A stretch of 64,000 bases of DNA from an uncultured bacterium (lineage in GTDB: Bacteria; Zhuqueibacterota; QNDG01; CAYUAG01), in contig CAZETW010000003.1 of the NCBI GenBank assembly GCA_964515295.1, positions 4,768-68,767 of the forward strand. Reading direction: 5' to 3'. Under the pieces are notes generated by a model. That model was not told where the DNA came from, searched no databases, and was given only the letters and a program-made list of their open reading frames with translations. The position numbers and the translations under genes are program-made. This document shows positions 38,190-47,888 of the stretch, piece by piece (positions within the stretch are counted from its first letter, which is position 1; each line of letters begins with the position of its first letter).

Positions 38190-39554
38190 ATGAATTTTGA
38201 TGTTAGATGGTTAATTGCTGTAATTATCTTAATTGTAGGCACAATATTTTTTGCCTTCAGCCGGAAAAAGGAAATCTTTTTAACCAGAGCATTGATTTTT
38301 GTCATGCCCTTTGCAATTGGGTTTTATTATATTGCAGTATCGAGGGAAGAAGATGCAATTAATGCCTGCGATGTGATACTCCTTTTTCTTTATATTTACT
38401 GGTTTTGGGAAACAGATGGATTTAAATCTCAAAAAATATATTTTGATAAAATATTTTATTTATATACTGCTGTCATTATATGGATATTACTTCCTACAGT
38501 TATTGTCATTTCACCGTCAAGTTTACTGTTTGCTGCTTTTATGTGGATAAAATGTTTATTACTTTTCTTTTATGTTTCCAACAGAGTGAAAACAATGGAG
38601 CATTTAAAAGCCATTATTGATATGCTGATTATTATGCTGTTTATACAGGCGTTGATAGGTACTTTACAGAAGATATTAGGGCATACCTTAGGATTAGGTT
38701 TTTTAGGGGAAAGATCAAGTGTTTATTTAAGGGGGTTTACCCAGGCACGTGCCAGAGGTACATTGGGATTTCCTAATAAATATGCTGCCTATATGATTAT
38801 GCTGATGCCTCTCACAGTTACTATGTTTATATATTCAGAAAAAGGGATAAAAAAAATATGGTATTCACTTATTATTATTTTATCAAGTATGGGGTGGATC
38901 TTTTCTTTATCACGGTCTGCCTGGATAGGATTAGTCGGTGCTTTGGTAATAATATTTATTTTTATGACCAAAGCATCGAAGGTGAATTTAAAATCATTTT
39001 TACTGCTGTTGGTTATGGTAGCAATTATTTCTACAGTTATTATTTATTTTGCAGATCACGTTATGGGAAGGATCGAGATGACCGGCGACCAGCCCTATAG
39101 ATGGATAATGATGAGAAAGGCTGTTGAGTTAATGGGTTCCCATCCTGTATTTGGGGTTGGATTATGGAATTATCAGTTCCATTCGTATGGAGAGTTCAGA
39201 TACTGGCATGCGGTACATAATATGATTTTACGTCTGGGTGCAGAAATAGGAATTCCAGGATTACTAATATTTTTATCTATGTTATATAAAAATTTCAAAA
39301 ATTGTTTAATGACATTAAAATTCAAAAACAGATATTTAGAATATATAACATTAGGAATAATGGGTGGATTACTGGCATTTCTGCTTGCGGCTTTGTTTAA
39401 TCCTCAATTTCAGTCTTATCGTCATAAATTTTTATTTTGGTTTTTAATGGGATTGGCTGTGTCTGTTAAAAGAATTGGATTACATGAAGCATACTTAGAA
39501 TTCAAGAAAAGAAAAAAGAATCAGGCTTTGCAGGATAAGTTACCTGGGTTATAA
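38190..39554 (+). CDS. O-antigen ligase / polymerase family protein (Wzy_C domain)
   Basis: 454 aa, ~10-12 TM; Wzy_C signature region IFSLSRSAWIGLVGALVIIF and periplasmic loop HAVHNMILRLGAEIGIPG. Confidence 0.8.
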   Translation: MNFDVRWLIAVIILIVGTIFFAFSRKKEIFLTRALIFVMPFAIGFYYIAVSREEDAINACDVILLFLYIYWFWETDGFKSQKIYFDKIFYLYTAVIIWILLPTVIVISPSSLLFAAFMWIKCLLLFFYVSNRVKTMEHLKAIIDMLIIMLFIQALIGTLQKILGHTLGLGFLGERSSVYLRGFTQARARGTLGFPNKYAAYMIMLMPLTVTMFIYSEKGIKKIWYSLIIILSSMGWIFSLSRSAWIGLVGALVIIFIFMTKASKVNLKSFLLLLVMVAIISTVIIYFADHVMGRIEMTGDQPYRWIMMRKAVELMGSHPVFGVGLWNYQFHSYGEFRYWHAVHNMILRLGAEIGIPGLLIFLSMLYKNFKNCLMTLKFKNRYLEYITLGIMGGLLAFLLAALFNPQFQSYRHKFLFWFLMGLAVSVKRIGLHEAYLEFKKRKKNQALQDKLPGL

Positions 39555-39583
39555 ATTCAATATTTATATTCATTTATTATAGT

Positions 39584-40567
39584 ATGGAGGTGTTTACATT
39601 GAAAATATTAATAACAGGCGGAGCAGGTTTTATAGGTTCTCATCTTTCAGAATCATTGGTTGAAAAGGAAGAAAATGTTACGGTCATTGATAATTTGTCC
39701 ACAGGAAGATATGACAATATCAGACAATTAGTAGATCGTAAGAATTTTAGATTCATTGTAGATTCAATATTAAATATTGAAACTCTGGAAACATTAATTC
39801 AGGATTGTGATATAATATATCATTTGGCGGCTTCAGTGGGAGTAAAACGGATTGTATCGAAACCTGTGGATACTATTGAAACTAATGTTCTGGGAAGCCA
39901 TGCTGTATTCAGTTTAGCAGCAAAATATAACCGGGAAGTGATTCTATTTTCTACTTCTGAAGTGTATGGGAAAAATCAAAATCTTCCATTTAAAGAGACT
40001 GATGATTGTATATTCGGAACAACTATGATGAGCAGATGGAGTTATGGATGCAGTAAAGCGGTGGATGAATTTCTGGGACTGGCATATCATAAAGAGCAGG
40101 GTCTTCCGGTAATTATTATTCGTGTTTTTAATATGATTGGTCCACGACAAACCGGAGTATACGGAATGGTTGTACCAACATTTATCAGACAGGCACTTTC
40201 AGGTATGCCTATTACTGTTTATGGAGATGGTACCCAATCCAGGTGTTTTACCTATGTGCAAGATTTGGTTGATACAGTTATAAAATTTCCAAAAAGAAGA
40301 GAATGTGTCGGCAATATATATAATATCGGGAGTGAAGATGAAATATCAATTAATGAGTTAGCTGAGAAAATCAAGAAAAAAATTCGCTCCAAATCTGAAA
40401 TTGTTTATATACCCTATGAAAAAGCCTATGAGCAAGGATTTGAGGATATGAACAGAAGAAGACCGGATATATCAAAGATAAAAAAAGAATTTGGTTTTGA
40501 ACCTAAAGTTAATTTAGATAAAGCTTTAGATTTGATTATTGAGTATCAAAAGAAGGCAATAGCTTAA
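39584..40567 (+). CDS. NAD-dependent epimerase/dehydratase (UDP-sugar decarboxylase/dehydratase-like extended SDR)
   Basis: 327 aa; ILITGGAGFIGSHL, YGCSKAVDE. Confidence 0.85.
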   Translation: MEVFTLKILITGGAGFIGSHLSESLVEKEENVTVIDNLSTGRYDNIRQLVDRKNFRFIVDSILNIETLETLIQDCDIIYHLAASVGVKRIVSKPVDTIETNVLGSHAVFSLAAKYNREVILFSTSEVYGKNQNLPFKETDDCIFGTTMMSRWSYGCSKAVDEFLGLAYHKEQGLPVIIIRVFNMIGPRQTGVYGMVVPTFIRQALSGMPITVYGDGTQSRCFTYVQDLVDTVIKFPKRRECVGNIYNIGSEDEISINELAEKIKKKIRSKSEIVYIPYEKAYEQGFEDMNRRRPDISKIKKEFGFEPKVNLDKALDLIIEYQKKAIA

Positions 40568-40597
40568 TATCTTGATCGATTAAAGGGGGTTAAAAAC

Positions 40598-42274
40598 ATG
40601 TTAAAAGACAAAAAAGTAACATATAAACATTTTTCAATAATACTTTTAATACTATTACTGTTGATTGGTGGATTCTTGAGATTATGGAATTTAGGTGAAC
40701 GTAGTTTATGGGTTGATGAAGTAAACACCGTATTTGCTGCTCAGTCAATGAAAGATACAGGTGTGCCTGAACATCCATCCGGTGTGATATATAACATAAC
40801 TCCCTTGTTTACTAAGTGTGTATCATTAATCTATCAGGTATTGGAAGTTGATGAGGCTTCTTCACGCATACCTTCAGCAATTTTCGGGATTCTTGCAATT
40901 ATTTTGGTTTTTTATTGCGCAAAAACTGTTTTTAACAGGAGTGTAGGGTTATTTTCAGTATTTTTAATGACATTTTCTCATTTTGAAATAGGATGGTCCA
41001 GAGTTTCAAGACCATACACCTTGTTGCAGGTTTTTACATTATTGGTAGTGATATTTTTTATTAAAGGATTTGAGAATCCAAAATATAATCGAAAAAATTT
41101 TAACAATGTAATTTCGAAGCAAAATAAATTTAATCAGTTAAGAAGTTCACTGGCACATTTACAAATTTCCCCTCTCTGGTTATTACTATTTATTGCTGTT
41201 TTGGGCTATTCATATTTAGAAATCAATGATTTAATGGTATTTGTTGCAGGTGGTTTTTGTGTTTATATTTTTTTTATGAGTTTAGTGGGATTGTATTGGA
41301 AAGAAAGGTATAAAAAAATTATAAATAAATATTCTGTTTGTTCTGCAGTAATTATTCTGCTTGGAGTGATTTATTTTTTGTTTTCTCAGGGTCTACAGAA
41401 TGACATCAATTTTTTTCTGGGATATACTCCTCCCTGGGCAGTAGAATCATCACCAGTAACTGACAATTTGTATTTATTTAATTTTTTAATATCCAGTATG
41501 AAATTTCCTATAGCTGTATTTTTTTTCCTTGGCTGCGTACAGCTGATGAGTCACAGAAATCGTTTAGGCTGGATATTATTGTGGGTATTTATAGTGCCGC
41601 TTTTTTTGTTATCCTTGGTATTTACTCATAGAGCACCCAGATATTTATTTTTTGTTTATCCGTTTTTTCTTATTATAAGCAGTTACGGATTTATTAATAT
41701 TGTACAAAATGAGTTCGAAATACTGAAAAAAGATTTAATTTTTAAATACAAATGGTTACAATACTGTATTATCTTTGCCTTTTTTATAATATTCTTGATA
41801 TCTCCCTGGTTTCGATTCAGTTTGAAGATTCCATTTCAAGGTGATGGTGTTACAAACGGAGCCGTCACCACGGATGAATGGAAGGAAGCAGCTGGAATAG
41901 TTAAGTATAATATGAAAATGGATGATATAGTAATAACGAGTCTCCCTCAGGTTGCATATTATTATAATGTAAAATCAGATTATGGTTTGAACTGGATCAA
42001 TCTTAATCGTGCTGAAATTCAGTCTTTTAAAAATGATACAGGTCACTACATTGATATTTATGCAGGTATACCATGTATAGCATCTTTGGATGAATTAAAA
42101 CAAATTGTGGAATCAAATGAACGGGGATGGATTATTATTACTCAATATCATTTTGAACATACTAAAGTAATTCCTGAGGAGGTAAGAGAATACATAGAAA
42201 CAGAATTTAACGTAGCATATAGGACAAAAAAAGGAACAATTTTAATCTATTTATGGAAACCAAATTCGGAATAA
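40598..42274 (+). CDS. GT-C membrane glycosyltransferase, PMT/ArnT-like (fourth copy)
   Basis: 558 aa polytopic; first loop LRLWNLGERSLWVDEVNTVFAA (DE motif); C-terminal soluble domain. Confidence 0.7.
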   Translation: MLKDKKVTYKHFSIILLILLLLIGGFLRLWNLGERSLWVDEVNTVFAAQSMKDTGVPEHPSGVIYNITPLFTKCVSLIYQVLEVDEASSRIPSAIFGILAIILVFYCAKTVFNRSVGLFSVFLMTFSHFEIGWSRVSRPYTLLQVFTLLVVIFFIKGFENPKYNRKNFNNVISKQNKFNQLRSSLAHLQISPLWLLLFIAVLGYSYLEINDLMVFVAGGFCVYIFFMSLVGLYWKERYKKIINKYSVCSAVIILLGVIYFLFSQGLQNDINFFLGYTPPWAVESSPVTDNLYLFNFLISSMKFPIAVFFFLGCVQLMSHRNRLGWILLWVFIVPLFLLSLVFTHRAPRYLFFVYPFFLIISSYGFINIVQNEFEILKKDLIFKYKWLQYCIIFAFFIIFLISPWFRFSLKIPFQGDGVTNGAVTTDEWKEAAGIVKYNMKMDDIVITSLPQVAYYYNVKSDYGLNWINLNRAEIQSFKNDTGHYIDIYAGIPCIASLDELKQIVESNERGWIIITQYHFEHTKVIPEEVREYIETEFNVAYRTKKGTILIYLWKPNSE

Positions 42275-42295
42275 AAATAATAGGAAATATTTTAC

Positions 42296-44407
42296 ATGAA
42301 TAATAAATTGAAAAAAAGAAAAGGAAAAGTGTTTGTTACCGGTGCATCTGGTTTTGTTGGATCACATATTGTTGACCGGCTTGTGGATGAAGGCTATGAA
42401 ATTGTAGTATTAGTACGACCTACCAGTGATATCAAAAATCTGAAAAAACCTGGCATTCATATGATTACTGGCGATATTCGTGATGAAATAATATTATCAC
42501 AAGCTGTAAAAGGAGTTGATACTATTGTTCATGCTGCAGCTACATTTGTGGGTGATTGGGATAATCATTATGAAATAAATGTCAAGGCAACCAGAACTCT
42601 GTTGGAAAAGGCACGTCTGGCAGGAGTTAAAAAAGTTATCCTTATTAGTTCCATTAGTATATACCCGTTATCAACCATAAAAAAAGGGCAGGGTATATCT
42701 GAGGATATGGGATATGAAGAAAAAGATCTGAACAATTATTCAAGATCTAAAATTGAACAGGAAAAGATTGTAAAAGAATATCATAAAGAATATGGAATAA
42801 AGTATTCAATCATTCGTCCGGGTTCTATTTATGGACCCAGAGGACCACTGTTCCCAGCTATGACCGGTCTTGCTTTAGGGAACAGTCGAATTGCCCTGAT
42901 TGGAAGAGGTAAAAATCCTGTTCCTTTATCCTATGTTGAAAATGTTGCAGATGCTGTTTTGCATTGCATCGAAAAAGAAAATACTGACACCAAGATTTAT
43001 AATCTGGTTGAAGATACCTTACTTACTCGTAAGGAATATCTTAATGCCATAAGAGAAAAAGTTGATCCGGATTTATCAGTTATTAAAATGCCCTATATCT
43101 TATGGTCAATATTAAAATTTTCACTCAGAACTGTTTTTGGTCTAATGGGCAGGAAGGCGCCATTAAGTGATTTAAATTTAAAAACTTATTCTATGAGATT
43201 AAATTTTTCTACAGACAGATTTAAGAGTGATATACGAAGCAGACCTTATATAGCTTTTGATGAGAGTATTAACAGAACTTTACATTGGTATAAGAGCAAA
43301 CGGACACCCAAGCGTTCAACCGGACTGGCGGAACACTATAAAGTTGATATTCCCACCACAAAAAAGCTAAAAATCGGAATAGTAGGATGTGGGGGAATAT
43401 CCATTGAACATTTATCTGCACTCCATAAAATGAAAAATGCTCAATTAACTGCTCTTGTTGATGTGAATCAGGAAGTTCGCGAGTACATGGCAAAAAAGTT
43501 TAATGTCAGTAATACCTTTGCTAATGTTGATAAGATGCTTTCCACAATGAAGCTGGATGCCGTACATATTATTACACCTCCTCAAACTCATAAAGACATA
43601 GCAATTAAAGCTATGAATAAAAAATGTCATGTATTCGTTGAGAAACCTATGGCAGTTGATGCTGAGCAAGCACGTACAATGATGCAAGCTGCCAGAGAAA
43701 ATAATGTAAAATTATGTGTTGATCATAATATCCTTTATGATGAGGTGATGATTGATGCCCGGAAAATACTGGCAGATAATATTATTGGGGATATTGCTTA
43801 TGTGGAATGCTGGTTTGGAACTGAATTTAATCCTTACGGACCCTACGGGAATAAAGATCATTGGGTATATGAACTCCCGGGGTTATTATATCAAGATTTT
43901 ATTGTCCATCCTCTCTATCTCTTACTGGATATAATGGGTGAAGCTGAGTGTAAGAATGTTTCATCCAAATATATCCGTTCAGTTCCTTATATGGACAGCG
44001 ATGAGCTGATTGTTACTTTGGAAAATAAAGAACAATTCGGAACTTTGCATTTATCCAATGCCGTTTCTCCCCGGTATCAGTTTTTACATATTTATGGAAC
44101 AGAGGGCACGTTAAAAATTGACTTTCTGAATAAGTTTACTTTTGTTGATAAAGGCATCTCTATGTTACCCAAGACCATCAATCGCTGTATGACCAGCCGA
44201 AAACTTGGTTCACTATTAAAATCAAGTGCAAGAAAAAATTTGTTCCAGGGATTAACTGGTAAATTCAGTCTTTGTACGGGGATTGACCGGTTAATACAGC
44301 TTTTTTATCGAAGTATTTTACTGGATGAGCAAGTACCTGTATCCGGAGAAGAGGGGCTTCGATCTATGGAAATAATGGATAAAATCTGGCACCACATTAA
44401 ATGTTAA
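42296..44407 (+). CDS. fusion protein: extended-SDR epimerase/dehydratase + Gfo/Idh/MocA-family NAD(P) oxidoreductase
   Basis: 703 aa; N-terminal VFVTGASGFVGSHIV...YSRSKIEQE; C-terminal KIGIVGCGGISIEHL...FVEKPMA...typical Gfo/Idh/MocA N-domain. Confidence 0.8.
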   Translation: MNNKLKKRKGKVFVTGASGFVGSHIVDRLVDEGYEIVVLVRPTSDIKNLKKPGIHMITGDIRDEIILSQAVKGVDTIVHAAATFVGDWDNHYEINVKATRTLLEKARLAGVKKVILISSISIYPLSTIKKGQGISEDMGYEEKDLNNYSRSKIEQEKIVKEYHKEYGIKYSIIRPGSIYGPRGPLFPAMTGLALGNSRIALIGRGKNPVPLSYVENVADAVLHCIEKENTDTKIYNLVEDTLLTRKEYLNAIREKVDPDLSVIKMPYILWSILKFSLRTVFGLMGRKAPLSDLNLKTYSMRLNFSTDRFKSDIRSRPYIAFDESINRTLHWYKSKRTPKRSTGLAEHYKVDIPTTKKLKIGIVGCGGISIEHLSALHKMKNAQLTALVDVNQEVREYMAKKFNVSNTFANVDKMLSTMKLDAVHIITPPQTHKDIAIKAMNKKCHVFVEKPMAVDAEQARTMMQAARENNVKLCVDHNILYDEVMIDARKILADNIIGDIAYVECWFGTEFNPYGPYGNKDHWVYELPGLLYQDFIVHPLYLLLDIMGEAECKNVSSKYIRSVPYMDSDELIVTLENKEQFGTLHLSNAVSPRYQFLHIYGTEGTLKIDFLNKFTFVDKGISMLPKTINRCMTSRKLGSLLKSSARKNLFQGLTGKFSLCTGIDRLIQLFYRSILLDEQVPVSGEEGLRSMEIMDKIWHHIKC

Positions 44408-45825
44408 TTCGTGGAACATTTTTGATGGTCATAGGCCAGGCATCTTTTATGCTTGCGTCCTTTGCAATTAATTTCGGGCTGGCACGTTTACTGGGTCCTA
44501 TTCATTACGGCACTTTTGGTCTGGTTATGTCTATTTTAGTAGCAATAGAACGGTTAGTGGTAACCGGAATACCTGAAATGATGCAGAAGTATGGCGGTGA
44601 AAGACCTGAGAGCATGTATATCCTTCAACAGAAAATGTTCCTCAGACAGCTTTTTTATAGTGTTATAATTTTTGGTGTTTTCTGGCTGGTGACGCCCCTG
44701 GTCTCGAAATTTTTTGCAGATAAAACCCTTACATTCTATTTGCGCATTGCATCTTTCGATATTATATTTTATGGTTTATATAAATTTTATCTGGGGATGC
44801 AGAATGGACTGCATCGTTTCAATCATCATGCATTGATGGCCATTACATATTCAGTTTCAAAAGTATGCGCTGTTTTTGGACTGGTTTTATCAGGATTATC
44901 ACTGACAGGTGCCCTGATAGGTAATGCTTTAGGTTCTGTAGGCGGTCTTATTCTGGGAATCATTATAACTCGTTTGCCCAGGGTTGAAGGTAAATGGGGC
45001 CATATTCCTTATTGTGAATTTATAATACCCAATATTTTATATTTTGTAGGTTTATTTTTATTCTTTTGTATTGACCTTTGGTTTGTAAAGTATTTTTTAG
45101 ATAAATTAGAAGTCGGGTATTATGTTTCTGCTTCAGCATTATCAAAAGTGCCTTACTTTACTTCTATAGCATTATCTGCGGCCTTGCTACCATCAGTCTC
45201 ATTTGCTACCAAAAAACAGGACAGGCAACGGGTTCATGCATTAGTACAACAGTCATTACGGTATATTTTTATGGGGCTGGTGATTATAAATATTTTTTTT
45301 ATAACCATGCCGTCTTCGCTAATACATATAGTTTTTGGTGCTGAATATTCCGGGGCTGCTGAGGTACTGCCAATATTGGGAATAGGACTTTCATTTTTAA
45401 CATTTTTTGCTGTGATGAATACTATTTTAATGGCTCGTAATCGAATGAAAAATATATTTATCATTACTTTCTTTGTCATTATTATTGATGTTGTGTGTAA
45501 TTATATTTTAGTACCCAGATATCATTTAATGGGAGCAGCTGTTTCGACTTCCATAGCAGCAGTTATAGGGACCCTGCTCAGCGGTATTAATGTGTTTTGG
45601 GATTTGAAAGTTTTTTTTCCTTTTCTTTCTTTCTTGCGTATAAGTGGAGTGGCTGCGGTTGTTTTTATACTTTCTTTATTTATTCCGGAACAGGGAATCT
45701 GGGTAGTCATAAAAATATTAAGTGTACCGGCTGTTTATTTTTTACTGCTGTGGGTAATTGGTGAACTTACAGAAATTGATTTTCGCCGGTTAAAAGAAAT
45801 TATACCAATAAAAGATTTTAAATAA
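44401..45825 (+). CDS. Wzx-like polysaccharide flippase (MOP superfamily), second copy
   Basis: 474 aa, ~12-14 TM helices. Confidence 0.7.
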   Translation: MLIRGTFLMVIGQASFMLASFAINFGLARLLGPIHYGTFGLVMSILVAIERLVVTGIPEMMQKYGGERPESMYILQQKMFLRQLFYSVIIFGVFWLVTPLVSKFFADKTLTFYLRIASFDIIFYGLYKFYLGMQNGLHRFNHHALMAITYSVSKVCAVFGLVLSGLSLTGALIGNALGSVGGLILGIIITRLPRVEGKWGHIPYCEFIIPNILYFVGLFLFFCIDLWFVKYFLDKLEVGYYVSASALSKVPYFTSIALSAALLPSVSFATKKQDRQRVHALVQQSLRYIFMGLVIINIFFITMPSSLIHIVFGAEYSGAAEVLPILGIGLSFLTFFAVMNTILMARNRMKNIFIITFFVIIIDVVCNYILVPRYHLMGAAVSTSIAAVIGTLLSGINVFWDLKVFFPFLSFLRISGVAAVVFILSLFIPEQGIWVVIKILSVPAVYFLLLWVIGELTEIDFRRLKEIIPIKDFK

Positions 45826-45838
45826 TTAAAGGAAATGT

Positions 45839-46945
45839 ATGAAAATAGCTTTATTAGGAACCCGGGGAATTCCTGCAAATTATGGAGGTTTTGAAACATT
45901 TGCTGAAAATCTATCCACTCGTCTGGTGAAGCGCGGACACAGTGTGACTGTGTATGGTCGTTCTTCTTATATAGATAAAAATCAGACATGTTATAAAGGA
46001 GTGCGGATTAAAGTCTTACCTACTATCAGTCATAAATATCTGGATACACCAGTAAATACTTTTTTATCTTCTCTGCATACAATTGTCTGTAAGTATGATA
46101 TAATATTTATTTGTAACAGTGCGAACAGTTTTTGTGCTCTTATTCCTCGTCTATTGGCTAGACCTGTTGTCCTTAATGTGGATGGTCTGGAATGGAAACG
46201 GGCGAAATGGTCGGTTTTTGGCAAGTCGGTATACAGAATTTCGGAATGGCTTGCCACTTTTATTCCCAATAACATTGTTACAGATGCAAAAGAAATTCAG
46301 AAATACTACCGGAAAAAATTTAATAAAAAGAGCACATATATTCCCTATGGATCTACTGTGAACAAAGTTACATCCACAACTGTTTTAGATAAATATAACC
46401 TGAAAAAAAGAAAATATTTTCTTTATGTCAGCCGCCTGGAGCCTGAGAATAACGCTCATGTTGTTATTAAGGCCTATACAAATATAGATACTGACTTTCC
46501 TTTAGTGGTTGTAGGAGATGCCCCTTACAGCAAAGATTATATTCAGAGTCTGAAAAAAATAAAAGACGACAGGGTGATATTTACAGGATATGTTTTTGAT
46601 AAAGGGTATAATGAATTTCAGTCTCATGCTTATTGTTATATACAGGCAACAGAAGTTGGAGGTACACACCCGGCTTTAGTAGAAGCAATGGGACATGGGA
46701 ATTGTATTATAGCTAATGATGTTCCGGAACACAGAGAGGTTTTGGGTGAATCCGGATTGTACTTTAATGCTGAAGATATCTCAACCCTTATAAAAAAAAT
46801 GCAGTTTGTATTACAGAATCCAGGAAAAGTTGAGGAATTTGGTAAAAAAGCACAACACCGGGTATCAAAACTGTATACCTGGGAAAAAGTAACATCTGAT
46901 TATGAAAGATTATTCCGGAAAATTGTTCGGGGAAAACGTATATGA
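45839..46945 (+). CDS. glycosyltransferase family 4 (DUF1972-type N-domain, often rhamnosyl/glycosyl transferases)
   Basis: 368 aa; MKIALLGTRGIPANYGGFETFAENL N-terminus typical of DUF1972-GT4 proteins; C-terminal GT4 domain. Confidence 0.75.
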   Translation: MKIALLGTRGIPANYGGFETFAENLSTRLVKRGHSVTVYGRSSYIDKNQTCYKGVRIKVLPTISHKYLDTPVNTFLSSLHTIVCKYDIIFICNSANSFCALIPRLLARPVVLNVDGLEWKRAKWSVFGKSVYRISEWLATFIPNNIVTDAKEIQKYYRKKFNKKSTYIPYGSTVNKVTSTTVLDKYNLKKRKYFLYVSRLEPENNAHVVIKAYTNIDTDFPLVVVGDAPYSKDYIQSLKKIKDDRVIFTGYVFDKGYNEFQSHAYCYIQATEVGGTHPALVEAMGHGNCIIANDVPEHREVLGESGLYFNAEDISTLIKKMQFVLQNPGKVEEFGKKAQHRVSKLYTWEKVTSDYERLFRKIVRGKRI

Positions 46946-47850
46946 AAACAATTTGTATCACTGGCGGTAACGGACTTTTAGGCAGTAAATTAATAGTGGC
47001 AGCCCAGGGCCAGTATAGAATAATCAGTATTGATTTGGCTGAATCGCCTTTGTATACTGCAGATAATCTGGATTATATTCAAGCAGATATAACTGATAAA
47101 AAAAAGATAACTACTGTAATCAGAAATGAAAAACCAGATTGTATTTTTCATACTGCCGCACTGACTGATGTTGATGCCTGCGAACGGGAGCAAGACAAGG
47201 CCTGGAATATTAATGTTGGAGGCACTGAAAATCTTATTCAGGCCTGTCAGGCATTTCCCTGTACTTTTATTCATCTTTCCACGGATTATGTTTTTAATGG
47301 TAAAGACGGCCCCTACAGTGAGAATGATCAACCGGATCCTATTAGTGTTTATGGAAAAACAAAACTTGAAGGCGAAAAGAGAGTAAAAAATGATCTGGCT
47401 GATTATATTATTGCCAGGACAATGGTATTATATGGCTATTTCCCCGGAGTGCGTAAAAATTTTGTGACCTGGTTAATTGAAGAACTAAAAAAAGGCAATA
47501 ATTTACGAATTGTAAATGACCAGTACGGCACCCCGACTTTAGCAGATGATTGTGCAAATGCATTATTTACCTTGTATACGAACAATGCCAGAGGTATTTA
47601 TCATACAGCCGGAGGAGATCTGGTTAACCGGTATGAAATTGCCGGGAAGGTTATAGATATTTTTAATTTCGAAAATGTTGATTTAGCTTCGATATCCACA
47701 AAACAGCTAAATCAGGATGCTCCCAGACCGCTTCATTCCGGATTAAGAACTGATAAAATAAATAAGGAATTTGGTGTCTGTTTTTCTTCAATTGAAGAAG
47801 GAATTTCTCTGGTAAAAAAACAATTAGAAGAAAATTTTTTTAAGAAGTAA
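46942..47850 (+). CDS. rfbD: dTDP-4-dehydrorhamnose reductase
   Basis: 302 aa; ITGGNGLLGSKL, STDYVFNGKDGPYSE, SVYGKTKLEGE matches RmlD substrate-binding domain. Confidence 0.85.
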   Translation: MKTICITGGNGLLGSKLIVAAQGQYRIISIDLAESPLYTADNLDYIQADITDKKKITTVIRNEKPDCIFHTAALTDVDACEREQDKAWNINVGGTENLIQACQAFPCTFIHLSTDYVFNGKDGPYSENDQPDPISVYGKTKLEGEKRVKNDLADYIIARTMVLYGYFPGVRKNFVTWLIEELKKGNNLRIVNDQYGTPTLADDCANALFTLYTNNARGIYHTAGGDLVNRYEIAGKVIDIFNFENVDLASISTKQLNQDAPRPLHSGLRTDKINKEFGVCFSSIEEGISLVKKQLEENFFKK

Positions 47851-47888
47851 TATATGTTAATTTTTCGAGTATTGACAGGTTTGAATAA

